Virus record (IMG/VR): IMGVR_UViG_3300028676_000003
Coordinates: 62,001-126,000 of that record
Strand: one strand, 5' to 3'
DNA length: 64,000 nucleotides
Below the pieces are notes generated by a model, which was not told the DNA's origin, searched no databases, and saw nothing but the letters and a program-made list of their open reading frames with translations. Both the position numbers and the translations under genes were made by a program. This document shows, in pieces, positions 55,899-64,000 of the stretch (the stretch's first letter is position 1; every line of letters starts with the position of its first letter).

Positions 55899-56371
55899 TA
55901 TAGTTTTTTTGGTTTATTCACATCAGCTTTTTTAGCTTCTATGGTTTTACATAATTCTTCGATTTGTTCTTCCGATAAATCTGTATCTTTTATATTGTCA
56001 ATTATCTTGGCAAGCTTGGGGTTATAATTTTTATCAGTAAGGTCTGAAGATTTACTTTTTTTAACCAAGTCTTCAATTTTTTCTTCGACATTTTTCTTTT
56101 TAATAATTGTTGATTTATTTTCTGCAATTGGATTACCTCTATTAGCTCCCCATGCATATACTGCAAACCAAGGAATATCTTGACGATAACGACTTGTCAC
56201 CTTATCAGTTGTAGGCGGCATTCCTTTCTCATAGTCAGAATCATCATTAAATGGTTTTTGAATCGGCCCAGTTTCAATTTCACTATTGCTGGTAACGTTT
56301 CTGTCACCACCGCTAGAAAAAGGGTCACCACCAACTAATTCATCTAACTGTTTCTTTATATTTGTATTCAT
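55898..56371 (-). CDS. Hypothetical protein
   Basis: First gene after late motif 56386-56393. Confidence 0.7.
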   Translation of the reverse strand: MNTNIKKQLDELVGGDPFSSGGDRNVTSNSEIETGPIQKPFNDDSDYEKGMPPTTDKVTSRYRQDIPWFAVYAWGANRGNPIAENKSTIIKKKNVEEKIEDLVKKSKSSDLTDKNYNPKLAKIIDNIKDTDLSEEQIEELCKTIEAKKADVNKPKKL

Positions 56372-56385
56372 AATTTGACTTTTAA

Positions 56386-56417
56386 TATAAATATATTCAA
56401 AACGTAGAATATTTATA
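56386..56417. promoter_or_regulatory. Divergent pair of putative late promoters
   Basis: TATTTATA on minus (56386-93, 14 nt before ATG) and on plus (56410-17, 15 nt before ATG). Confidence 0.7.
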
Positions 56418-56432
56418 ATAAAACCTATAAAT

Positions 56433-59066
56433 ATGGCATTTACAACAAAATTAGACTATTCTAATAATAGACAAATCAAACAACATATAGAAACCTTCAC
56501 ACTTTTATCAGGTGGGACTGTATTTGGTGTGACTTTCAACGATTTACCAACTGGACCAAATGAATCAACAAGTGCGATTACTGAAACACATACGCTAGTA
56601 GCAAGTACGTTCTCAGGAAACAACACAACAACGAATTTCAATTGGTATCATCCTCTTATGGAATTGGGTCACCCTCAACTTTCAGCTATAACTCCATCAA
56701 ACTCAGGGGAAACACAAACCGCTTTACCTGCTTATTCTGCAACTGCATTCACAACCATTGATGGTAACGTTGCGGCTACTGAATATACAGGTTCAACATT
56801 TGATATTACTGTTATTACAATGACAGATTTAGGTGGTGGTAATTATACTGGAACACTACAAACAGATGAACTTCTTATACTTTCAGCTCAAACAGCTGAT
56901 TTTACTGGTAGAACAATATGGAATGATGTTCAAGGAATTTCTAGAACTGAAAGACTTATAGTGACAAATAACCCACAAGTTGGTTATGTATTAACTTGTG
57001 CTGATACTGAAGGTATGGCCGAATGGTCTCCATCATCAGGTGGTTCGGGTGGAACTGGTGATACATACGTAACAGGTGGTACATATAATGGTGGAACAGC
57101 AATTTTTACAAATAATACAGGTGGAACATTTAGTGTTACAGGTTGGAAATTATCAGGTGGAACTGGCCTAAATAGTCAAGCAACCGTTAATGGTAATAAT
57201 CAAGCATTAGGTGATTATTCATTAGCTGTTGGTTCAGGTTCAACAGCTTTAGGTTATGCATCGTTTGCAAGTGGTAGAAACACAATTGCTGGTAGTTTTG
57301 CTCATGCAGAAGGGATTAATACTCAAGCCAATGGCCCTGAATCTCACGCTGAGGGTGCATTTAGTATAGCTGGTGGTGCGGCATCTCATGCTGAAGGTCA
57401 AGATACTCAAGCTATTGCAAATAGGTCACACGCTGAGGGAAGCGGGACAACAGCAAATGGTGATTCAAGTCATGCTGAAGGTTCAGGAAGTATTGCAAGT
57501 GGTATAGCGTCACATGCTGAAGGTCTTCAATCACAAGCATTAGGTGTTGCTAGTCATGCTCAAGGTAATACAACAATAGCTTCAGGTCACTCATCTTTTG
57601 CTAGTGGAACATTAACAAATGCTAATGGTGCTGGTAGTTTCGTTCATGGAACTGGAAGTACCGTTAACGGTAACTATTCAATCGTATTAGGTAGAAATAT
57701 TACTGGAAATACAGCCGATACAACATATGTCGATTTTTTAAATATTAAAAATATACCAGCGGGTACACCAATAAATAATTTAGGTTATGATGCAACAGGA
57801 CGTGTAGTTATTGGTACTACTGGTGGTGGTGGAACCAATTATTGGTCTGCATCAACTGGAACAAACGCAATCGGAGTAATAAACTTTGGTGGAACAGCTT
57901 CAGGTGACTATGGTATTACAATGGGTTGGCAAACAACAGCTTCAGGGGTAATGTCTTTGGCTCAGAACTCAGGGACGACAGCTTCAGGTACTGCTTCATA
58001 TGCTGAGGGTTCATTTACAATTGCTGGTGGTGATGGAGCACATGCTGAAGGTGGTTATACTAACGCTTCAGGTTTCTTCTCTCATGCACAAGGATATGGT
58101 TGTGTTGCTAGTAATGAATTTTGTCATGCTGAAGGTTCGGGAAGTATTGCAAGTGGTCATACATCTCACGCTGAAGGTACGTTTTGTATCGCTGGTGGTT
58201 CAGATGCACATGCTCAAGGATTTAGAACACAAGCATATGGGAATGGTGCTCACTCAGGTGGACTAGAAACACAAGCAAATGGTATTGCTAGTTTTGTTCA
58301 TGGTTCAGGAAGTACAGCAAATGGAAATTACTCAATTGTATTGGGTAGATTTATCACAGGAAATACAGCTGACACAACATATGTTGATAATTTGAATATT
58401 AAGACTGTTGGAACTGGTCCTGGGACTATTGATTTAGGTGTTAATGCTTCAGGTGTTGTAGTTAATCAAGCTTCTGATGCTAGACTTAAAGAAAATGTAA
58501 ACACAATTGATAATGCTTTGGGTATCGTTATGAATCTTAGAGGTGTTAGTTATAATTGGATAGATAGAGTTAATGGTGGTAATGATTTAAGACTTGGGTT
58601 TATCGCTCAAGAAGTTCAAGAGGTTGTACCTGAATTGGTAACACAAAATGGTGAATACTTAGGTGTTCAATATAAAGATGTACCTGCGTTGCTTGTTGAA
58701 GCTATCAAGGAATTGGTTAATGGTAAAACTTTGTATACCAACACACAGATTGAAACACAAACAATTCTTGCTGAGGATAATAATATCGAACTTAATGTAA
58801 ATGGTACTACTGAAACTAGTATAGGTGGTGGTATTAAGGTATTAAACACAAAAAATGAAGAAGGATTTTCTGACTTAACTCTTAACGAAAACGGTGATTG
58901 GATAACAAATACAGGTTTTGAACCAAAAGCTATTAGTATTCCTTTCTATACTCCAACATCTTCAAATGATGAAATCGGTAGTATTGGAAACGTAACGAGA
59001 AATGATGATTATTTATACATAAAAACAACCAATGGTTGGAAACGTAGCAGTTTAGAAAGCTTTTAA
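56433..59066 (+). CDS. Tail fibre with two YadA-head-like repeat modules and an S74 intramolecular chaperone
   Basis: 14-aa SHAEG repeats; QASDARLKENV ... LRGVSYNW ... GFIAQEV ... LLVEAIKEL. Confidence 0.88.
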   Translation: MAFTTKLDYSNNRQIKQHIETFTLLSGGTVFGVTFNDLPTGPNESTSAITETHTLVASTFSGNNTTTNFNWYHPLMELGHPQLSAITPSNSGETQTALPAYSATAFTTIDGNVAATEYTGSTFDITVITMTDLGGGNYTGTLQTDELLILSAQTADFTGRTIWNDVQGISRTERLIVTNNPQVGYVLTCADTEGMAEWSPSSGGSGGTGDTYVTGGTYNGGTAIFTNNTGGTFSVTGWKLSGGTGLNSQATVNGNNQALGDYSLAVGSGSTALGYASFASGRNTIAGSFAHAEGINTQANGPESHAEGAFSIAGGAASHAEGQDTQAIANRSHAEGSGTTANGDSSHAEGSGSIASGIASHAEGLQSQALGVASHAQGNTTIASGHSSFASGTLTNANGAGSFVHGTGSTVNGNYSIVLGRNITGNTADTTYVDFLNIKNIPAGTPINNLGYDATGRVVIGTTGGGGTNYWSASTGTNAIGVINFGGTASGDYGITMGWQTTASGVMSLAQNSGTTASGTASYAEGSFTIAGGDGAHAEGGYTNASGFFSHAQGYGCVASNEFCHAEGSGSIASGHTSHAEGTFCIAGGSDAHAQGFRTQAYGNGAHSGGLETQANGIASFVHGSGSTANGNYSIVLGRFITGNTADTTYVDNLNIKTVGTGPGTIDLGVNASGVVVNQASDARLKENVNTIDNALGIVMNLRGVSYNWIDRVNGGNDLRLGFIAQEVQEVVPELVTQNGEYLGVQYKDVPALLVEAIKELVNGKTLYTNTQIETQTILAEDNNIELNVNGTTETSIGGGIKVLNTKNEEGFSDLTLNENGDWITNTGFEPKAISIPFYTPTSSNDEIGSIGNVTRNDDYLYIKTTNGWKRSSLESF

Positions 59067-59068
59067 TA

Positions 59069-60913
59069 ATGGGAAACATAAGAAATTATAATTTTAGTCT
59101 ACAAGACCTTAAATTAACGGATGCTGGGTTTTGGGATTTTTATTTAACAAATGATGCTGGTGGTGATGGTGCTTACAATTATTGTGAGCCACTTCTAACT
59201 GGAAGTTGTTCAGTTGTTTGGTATGATTTTAATAACCTAAGTATCTACACGAATTCAGCTATAACATCAAATGATATTTACAGCTTGTATACTTGGACTG
59301 GTGCAACCAATTCAGGTTATACCTTTAATACTATTGGTCTAACTGGAATTGACAATGGTTTTATTCTTTTTGATAAGTTGAGTGGTGATACTTCTAATGA
59401 AGCATTATTATCTGCCTTGACTGGAAGCACTCTTGTAATTCCTTCAGGTGATACGAGACTTCATATGAATAGAGTTAGCGGTACTACAGGTTTATATACC
59501 TATGGTGGTGATGTGATGCTTGAACCAACAAACCCTGATGTAGGTTATTTCTTTAATTTATATGGTGGATTTTATCAAGGATTCTATAAAATTGATGGTT
59601 CAACCTACGAAGTTTTGCCAGTTAGAGTAAATTACTCATGGGCCGCTGAATTTTGGTTAACAACAACACAATTCTCAGCTTCAACTGGAACTACACTAAA
59701 TGATTTTTACCCTGAAAATTCAGGATTCTTCTTTTATATTGGAACTCGTGCTGAGAATAAATTTTGGAATAAATGGGAAGGTGCAGATACTGGTTGTACT
59801 TCAGGTTGTACAGCTGATTCAGGATGTACAGATACAGTTAGTGAATGGTGTACAGTACCAAAAGAAAGTGAAATCACTCTTATTGGTGATTATGGAATTG
59901 GTATTCCGCTTGACCCACCTAGAGTTGATATTGACCTTGTTACAAACGGGTTTCTTATCTATGGTAGAGCTTGCGATTGTAGACCTGAAGAATTAACTGG
60001 TGATACTGGAAGTATCATTTACGAACCACCAATGATACTAACTGGTGACACACAACAACCTTGTAATGTTTGTCGTAAGTGTGGTGGGTGTAGTCCAACT
60101 GGTTTAGGAACTCAAACCGCTTGTTCATATGATGGTAAGGGTATTGCTGTTGCAAGTACTAGAGAGGTTCTAACAAATACTCAAAACCCATTCTTGGTTT
60201 ACGGTAGAGCAAGCAAAAATAAAGGTTGTTCATGTTGTTCAGGGCCTGAAGATGGTTTAGGTAATGAAACAGTTTGTTCATTTAGTGGGTTTACTTCAGA
60301 AGAAGTTAGTATAGATTATAACCTAGATATCATTGATAATGCTTTAGGTTTTAGAATTACACCTGAAGGTGCTATTGGATATCGTCTGCTTACCTCGACT
60401 GGAACTTGTGTTACAGAAAGTGGTGAGACTAAATATATTAGCGGTACAACGATTGAGGAAAAATATTCTGAAGATGGATTAATAAAAGATGGTTTTTGGT
60501 ATTATGTTGTTATTAAGTTTGTAACAAATTACTTAGATGATTGTGACTTAGAAACAGCGAAGCCAAGGAAAGGAAAATTAATGTTTTATATAAATGGTTT
60601 TTTAAAATTTGTCGTAGATGATTTCGATGAATTTGTAGCTAGAAGACTAGATGAATACAAAGATAAACAAGTAGGAGTACCATTCAACTTTAGCATAGGT
60701 GGTGGTTCTCAAGGACTTATTGATTCACAGACATTTGACGGGCTTGACCCTAATGATAGAGGACTACCAATTGAAACACATTTTGGTGGTACATTTATCG
60801 GTGGAATATCGCAATTCAAGTTTGATATTTGTGATTTGAGCCTTTGTAATATAAGGGAAAATTACGCTAGTCAATCTATTAGGTATGGTGTACAAGATTT
60901 ATTTACACTTTAA
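59069..60913 (+). CDS. Cys-rich virion protein with probable C-terminal LamG/ConA-like domain
   Basis: WYYVVI ... LMFYING ... FSIGG ... FIGGISQF; about 20 Cys. Confidence 0.6.
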   Translation: MGNIRNYNFSLQDLKLTDAGFWDFYLTNDAGGDGAYNYCEPLLTGSCSVVWYDFNNLSIYTNSAITSNDIYSLYTWTGATNSGYTFNTIGLTGIDNGFILFDKLSGDTSNEALLSALTGSTLVIPSGDTRLHMNRVSGTTGLYTYGGDVMLEPTNPDVGYFFNLYGGFYQGFYKIDGSTYEVLPVRVNYSWAAEFWLTTTQFSASTGTTLNDFYPENSGFFFYIGTRAENKFWNKWEGADTGCTSGCTADSGCTDTVSEWCTVPKESEITLIGDYGIGIPLDPPRVDIDLVTNGFLIYGRACDCRPEELTGDTGSIIYEPPMILTGDTQQPCNVCRKCGGCSPTGLGTQTACSYDGKGIAVASTREVLTNTQNPFLVYGRASKNKGCSCCSGPEDGLGNETVCSFSGFTSEEVSIDYNLDIIDNALGFRITPEGAIGYRLLTSTGTCVTESGETKYISGTTIEEKYSEDGLIKDGFWYYVVIKFVTNYLDDCDLETAKPRKGKLMFYINGFLKFVVDDFDEFVARRLDEYKDKQVGVPFNFSIGGGSQGLIDSQTFDGLDPNDRGLPIETHFGGTFIGGISQFKFDICDLSLCNIRENYASQSIRYGVQDLFTL

Positions 60914-60936
60914 TCAAATAAATACATAAAATAATA

Positions 60937-60944
60937 TATTTATA
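60937..60944 (+). promoter_or_regulatory. Putative late promoter (fibre)
   Basis: TATTTATA 17 nt before ATG. Confidence 0.6.
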
Positions 60945-60961
60945 AATAAAACAATTTAAAC

Positions 60962-63367
60962 ATGGCAGATAAAAAAATATCACAGTTACCTAATGGTACC
61001 ATAACACCTGAAACAATATTTCCTATTGTTGCATTGGATGTAACTTCGCAAACATCATTTAATGACCTTGTTGATGCTTTAGAACCTTATTTTAGTGGTT
61101 CTACTTCAGGTGGAAATCACTATATGATTGGTTGGGAAGTTGAACAAGAAGTTGGGTCAACTGAAACTATCGGTATAGGTAAAGGGAAAATCCGTTTAAC
61201 AAATGGTTCAAACGAAATTTTAGGTATTGATGGAGTTATATTCTCTGACACAAAAGGATATAATTCACCATTTTCAACTGGTGAAATAACAGTTATTTTA
61301 CCAAATTCATTCGGTAATAGAAGATATATAACTATGGATGATTATACTGATGACACTCATGGTACATTTATTGAAATTTTTTATGATAATAGATTAGAGG
61401 GTTCAATTGGTAGTGTTTGGGATGGTGAGACTGGTGATTATGAGTATTATGCTTATCTTATTGGAGCAACAACAAGACTTGCACATGCTGAAGGTGAAGC
61501 TACTCAAGCATTTGGTCAACGTTCACATGCTGAAGGTCTTAGAACAACTGCTAGTGGAAATTATTCACATGCTCAAGGTTCAGGTAGTATTGCTAGTGGT
61601 GATTATTCACACGCTATGGGTGCAGATACAACAGCAAGTGGTCAATTTTCATTTGCTGGTGGTGTTAATTCATTTGCAGAAGCTGACTTTTCATTTGTTT
61701 TTGGTAGCCAATCAACAGCTAGTGGTAACCATACTTTTGTATTAGGTACTAATATGACTGGAACAAATGATAACACAACATATGTTGATAGACTTAATGT
61801 TAGAACTATTGGTAGTAATTCACCAGTTATAAATTTAGGACTTGATTCTAATGGAAATGTTGTTACTGGTAGTACTGGTGGCGGTGGTTCAAGTGTTTGG
61901 GTTGCTAGTAACGGTGCAAACTCTGCTGTTATTCCTAATTTAAACAATATTGCTTATGGTGTTGGTGCTATTGCTCATGGTACAGGTACGACTGCCGCAG
62001 GTGCTTATTCACATACTGAAGGTTCAGGTACAACTGCATCAGGAAACTCAGCTCACGCTGAAGGTATGGGGTCAAGAACCCAAGGACAAGCCGCTCACGC
62101 TGAAGGTACTAATACAATTGCAAACGCAAATAATGGACACTCAGAAGGTTTAAATACTATCGTTTTAGGTGAAAATGCTCACGCTGAAGGTGAAGGTACA
62201 TCTGCTACAACAAGAAATGCGCATGCTCAAGGTTCAGGGACAACAGCATCAGGTAATAACTCACATGCTGAAGGTTCAGGTACTGTTGCATTCGGACCTA
62301 ATTCACATGCTGAAGGTTCTAATACTCAAGCAACTGGAAGTTTTTCACATGCTGAAGGTCTTCAAACTCAAGCATCAGGAGATGCATCACATGCTGAAGG
62401 TTATGGTAGTGTTGCTTCAGGTCTTTATTCACATGCTCAAAATGATACAACAATTGCTAGTGGAACATATTCACATGCAGAAGGTCATGGTGCTCAAGCT
62501 ATTGGTTATACTTCACACGCTGAAGGAAGCTCAACAGCTTATGGTTATTATTCACACGCTGAAGGTAATTCTACTGCCGCTAATGGTGACTATTCACACT
62601 CGCAAGGTAATGAAACAACCGCTAATGGTACTTATGGTTTCGTAGGTGGTTTCCAATCAACAAGTGTTGGTGAATCATCTTTTGCATATGGTACTAAGGT
62701 GAATGTATCGGGTGATTGGTCAGTTGGTACTGGAACTGGTTCAACAACTTCTAATGAAGGTTCATTTGTTCACGGTTCAGGTGCTACTTCTGATGGTCTT
62801 TGGAGTGTTGCTTTTGGTAGAAACACACAAGTATCAGGAGATTGGTCATTTGGTGCTGGTGCAGGTGTAGTTGTATCAGGTGAGTCATCTGTTGCTTTTG
62901 GATGGAATAGTATTGCTGGTGGTTATGCATCTTGTTCTATTGGTGAAAACAATAGAGCTTTAGGTTCTCGTAGTACTGCATTTGGTAGTGGTACACATGC
63001 AAATGACCAATGTTCTTTCTCTTGGGGTCAAAATACACAAGCTAACGGTGCTGGAGCAACAGCCTTTGGAGCAACAACACAAGCTAACGGTGGTGGGTCA
63101 TTTGTTGGTGGTTACTTAAGTAATGCTGACGCTAATAACTCATTCGTATTTGGTTCTGCATCAACTACTAATTCTAATGCTGACTGGTCATTCATTTTAG
63201 GTAATGGAATTACAGCAAACACACCAAATACAGTATTTGTTGAAAGACTTAGTATCAAGACAGCTGGTCCATATGCAAATGATGCGGCCGCAGATGCTGA
63301 TGTGAGTCTTGCATCAGGTGGTCTTTATACTCTAACAGGTTCAAGAGTTGTTTATAGAAAACCATAA
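60962..63367 (+). CDS. Tail fibre with two YadA-head-like repeat modules
   Basis: MADKKISQLP N-terminus; long array of 14-aa SHAEG repeats; TTYV..LN neck motifs. Confidence 0.85.
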   Translation: MADKKISQLPNGTITPETIFPIVALDVTSQTSFNDLVDALEPYFSGSTSGGNHYMIGWEVEQEVGSTETIGIGKGKIRLTNGSNEILGIDGVIFSDTKGYNSPFSTGEITVILPNSFGNRRYITMDDYTDDTHGTFIEIFYDNRLEGSIGSVWDGETGDYEYYAYLIGATTRLAHAEGEATQAFGQRSHAEGLRTTASGNYSHAQGSGSIASGDYSHAMGADTTASGQFSFAGGVNSFAEADFSFVFGSQSTASGNHTFVLGTNMTGTNDNTTYVDRLNVRTIGSNSPVINLGLDSNGNVVTGSTGGGGSSVWVASNGANSAVIPNLNNIAYGVGAIAHGTGTTAAGAYSHTEGSGTTASGNSAHAEGMGSRTQGQAAHAEGTNTIANANNGHSEGLNTIVLGENAHAEGEGTSATTRNAHAQGSGTTASGNNSHAEGSGTVAFGPNSHAEGSNTQATGSFSHAEGLQTQASGDASHAEGYGSVASGLYSHAQNDTTIASGTYSHAEGHGAQAIGYTSHAEGSSTAYGYYSHAEGNSTAANGDYSHSQGNETTANGTYGFVGGFQSTSVGESSFAYGTKVNVSGDWSVGTGTGSTTSNEGSFVHGSGATSDGLWSVAFGRNTQVSGDWSFGAGAGVVVSGESSVAFGWNSIAGGYASCSIGENNRALGSRSTAFGSGTHANDQCSFSWGQNTQANGAGATAFGATTQANGGGSFVGGYLSNADANNSFVFGSASTTNSNADWSFILGNGITANTPNTVFVERLSIKTAGPYANDAAADADVSLASGGLYTLTGSRVVYRKP

Positions 63368-63373
63368 TAATAT

Positions 63374-63616
63374 ATGCCAATATTAATAAAAAAAATAAGT
63401 GGAGAAGCCTTAAAGAATGTTAGCGATAGCATTCTTTATGTTTCTGCCATTAACGGACAAATTCAAAGAGAAGACTATATTAATTTATATGGTTTCATTG
63501 GATATACCCAAAACTTAAGCAGAGTTGAAGAGACTTCATTATTGAATAAACCTTCACCTTTTGGGTTAAAAAATGCTTATGATAATACAATAGTTACACT
63601 AGAAATAAATTATTAA
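63374..63616 (+). CDS. Hypothetical protein
   Basis: 80-aa ORF. Confidence 0.6.
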   Translation: MPILIKKISGEALKNVSDSILYVSAINGQIQREDYINLYGFIGYTQNLSRVEETSLLNKPSPFGLKNAYDNTIVTLEINY

Positions 63617-64000
63617 TGAGATATCAAGAACGCATATACATACAAAATGAGAATAAAGCTGTTAGAAATAAAGACATTTTAAATGTTAACATGAGTTCTG
63701 ACATTTGTATTTTCGAGACACCTATGTTTTCATTCAGTGGTGGTACGAAATTAGACTGTAGCACAGGTGCTACCAGTGGTACATCTTATGTTATTACAGG
63801 TTCTACAGATACAATTCCTTTAACGTTTGATTTTACAGCAAATACAAGCAGTTTTATTAACACAAATGCGATATTTAAATACGAAATCTATAAGTATTCA
63901 GATGCAATTGGTGAATTCAACTCAACAGCCGTTTACAAATCAAACCAAATTCCATATTCTGCATTTAGCGCAACAAATTCTACTACACAATATATTCCTT
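63616..64000 (+). CDS. Virion protein, partial (runs off window)
   Basis: TAATG-coupled ATG at 63616; frame open to the end (MRYQERIYIQ ... FSGGT ... TGAT ... TGST). Confidence 0.7.
   Translation, partial: MRYQERIYIQNENKAVRNKDILNVNMSSDICIFETPMFSFSGGTKLDCSTGATSGTSYVITGSTDTIPLTFDFTANTSSFINTNAIFKYEIYKYSDAIGEFNSTAVYKSNQIPYSAFSATNSTTQYIP

Larger units (their letters stand above)
1..64000. other. Segment of a large T4-like (probably contractile-tailed) phage genome; host inferred Bacteroidota
   Basis: T4-type TerL-portal-protease-scaffold-MCP order, gp5-like spike, gp55-like sigma, Bacteroidota-type promoters, no host housekeeping operons. Confidence 0.93.

Noticed and set aside
1-64000. Stop-codon reassignment (TAG or TGA), known in some large phages
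   Set aside because: Core genes are intact under code 11; TAG is a true stop at 27181 and 39308; reading through the TAG at 16868 hits TAA within 7 codons
1-64000. CRISPR array, tRNAs, DGR, introns or inteins
   Set aside because: No spaced direct repeats, cloverleafs or reverse transcriptase seen; TerL, ClpC, ThyA and MCP have no intein-like insertions

Overview
A 64-kb segment of a large, AT-rich, T4-like tailed phage genome (standard genetic code; no tRNA, CRISPR array or integrase seen). The host is inferred to be Bacteroidota: at least 11 TTG-N19-20-TAnnTTTG promoters are present and starts lack Shine-Dalgarno sites. Left (1-15.8 kb): accessory and metabolic genes (HNH and PD-(D/E)XK nucleases, thioredoxin, an LRR protein, YkuK RNase H-like, ABC-GNAT fusion, GNAT-HEXXH fusion, ClpC, KTSC, ThyA). 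Middle (15.8-30.5 kb): head module (putative core proteins, TerL, portal, prohead protease, scaffold, major capsid). From 31 to 56.4 kb, mostly minus strand: baseplate spike and virion genes, a gp55-like late sigma factor, about seven glycosyltransferase genes mixed with methyltransferases and nucleotide enzymes (PhoH, GuaC-like, dUTPase, HD), and a WYL protein. Right (56.4-64 kb): YadA-repeat fibres and a Cys-rich structural protein. Main leads: (1) an [S/T]-G-x-T motif strongly enriched in exterior virion proteins beside a large glycosyltransferase cluster, possibly a phage-specific virion glycosylation system; (2) a TATTTAT(A/T) late promoter, the reverse complement of the T4 late promoter; (3) a shared L/I-x-E leader suggesting head-packaged, protease-matured effectors; (4) A10 and T10 slippery runs at domain junctions; (5) a three-way-junction RNA leader. 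All functional calls are from motif recognition by eye; no database searches were run.
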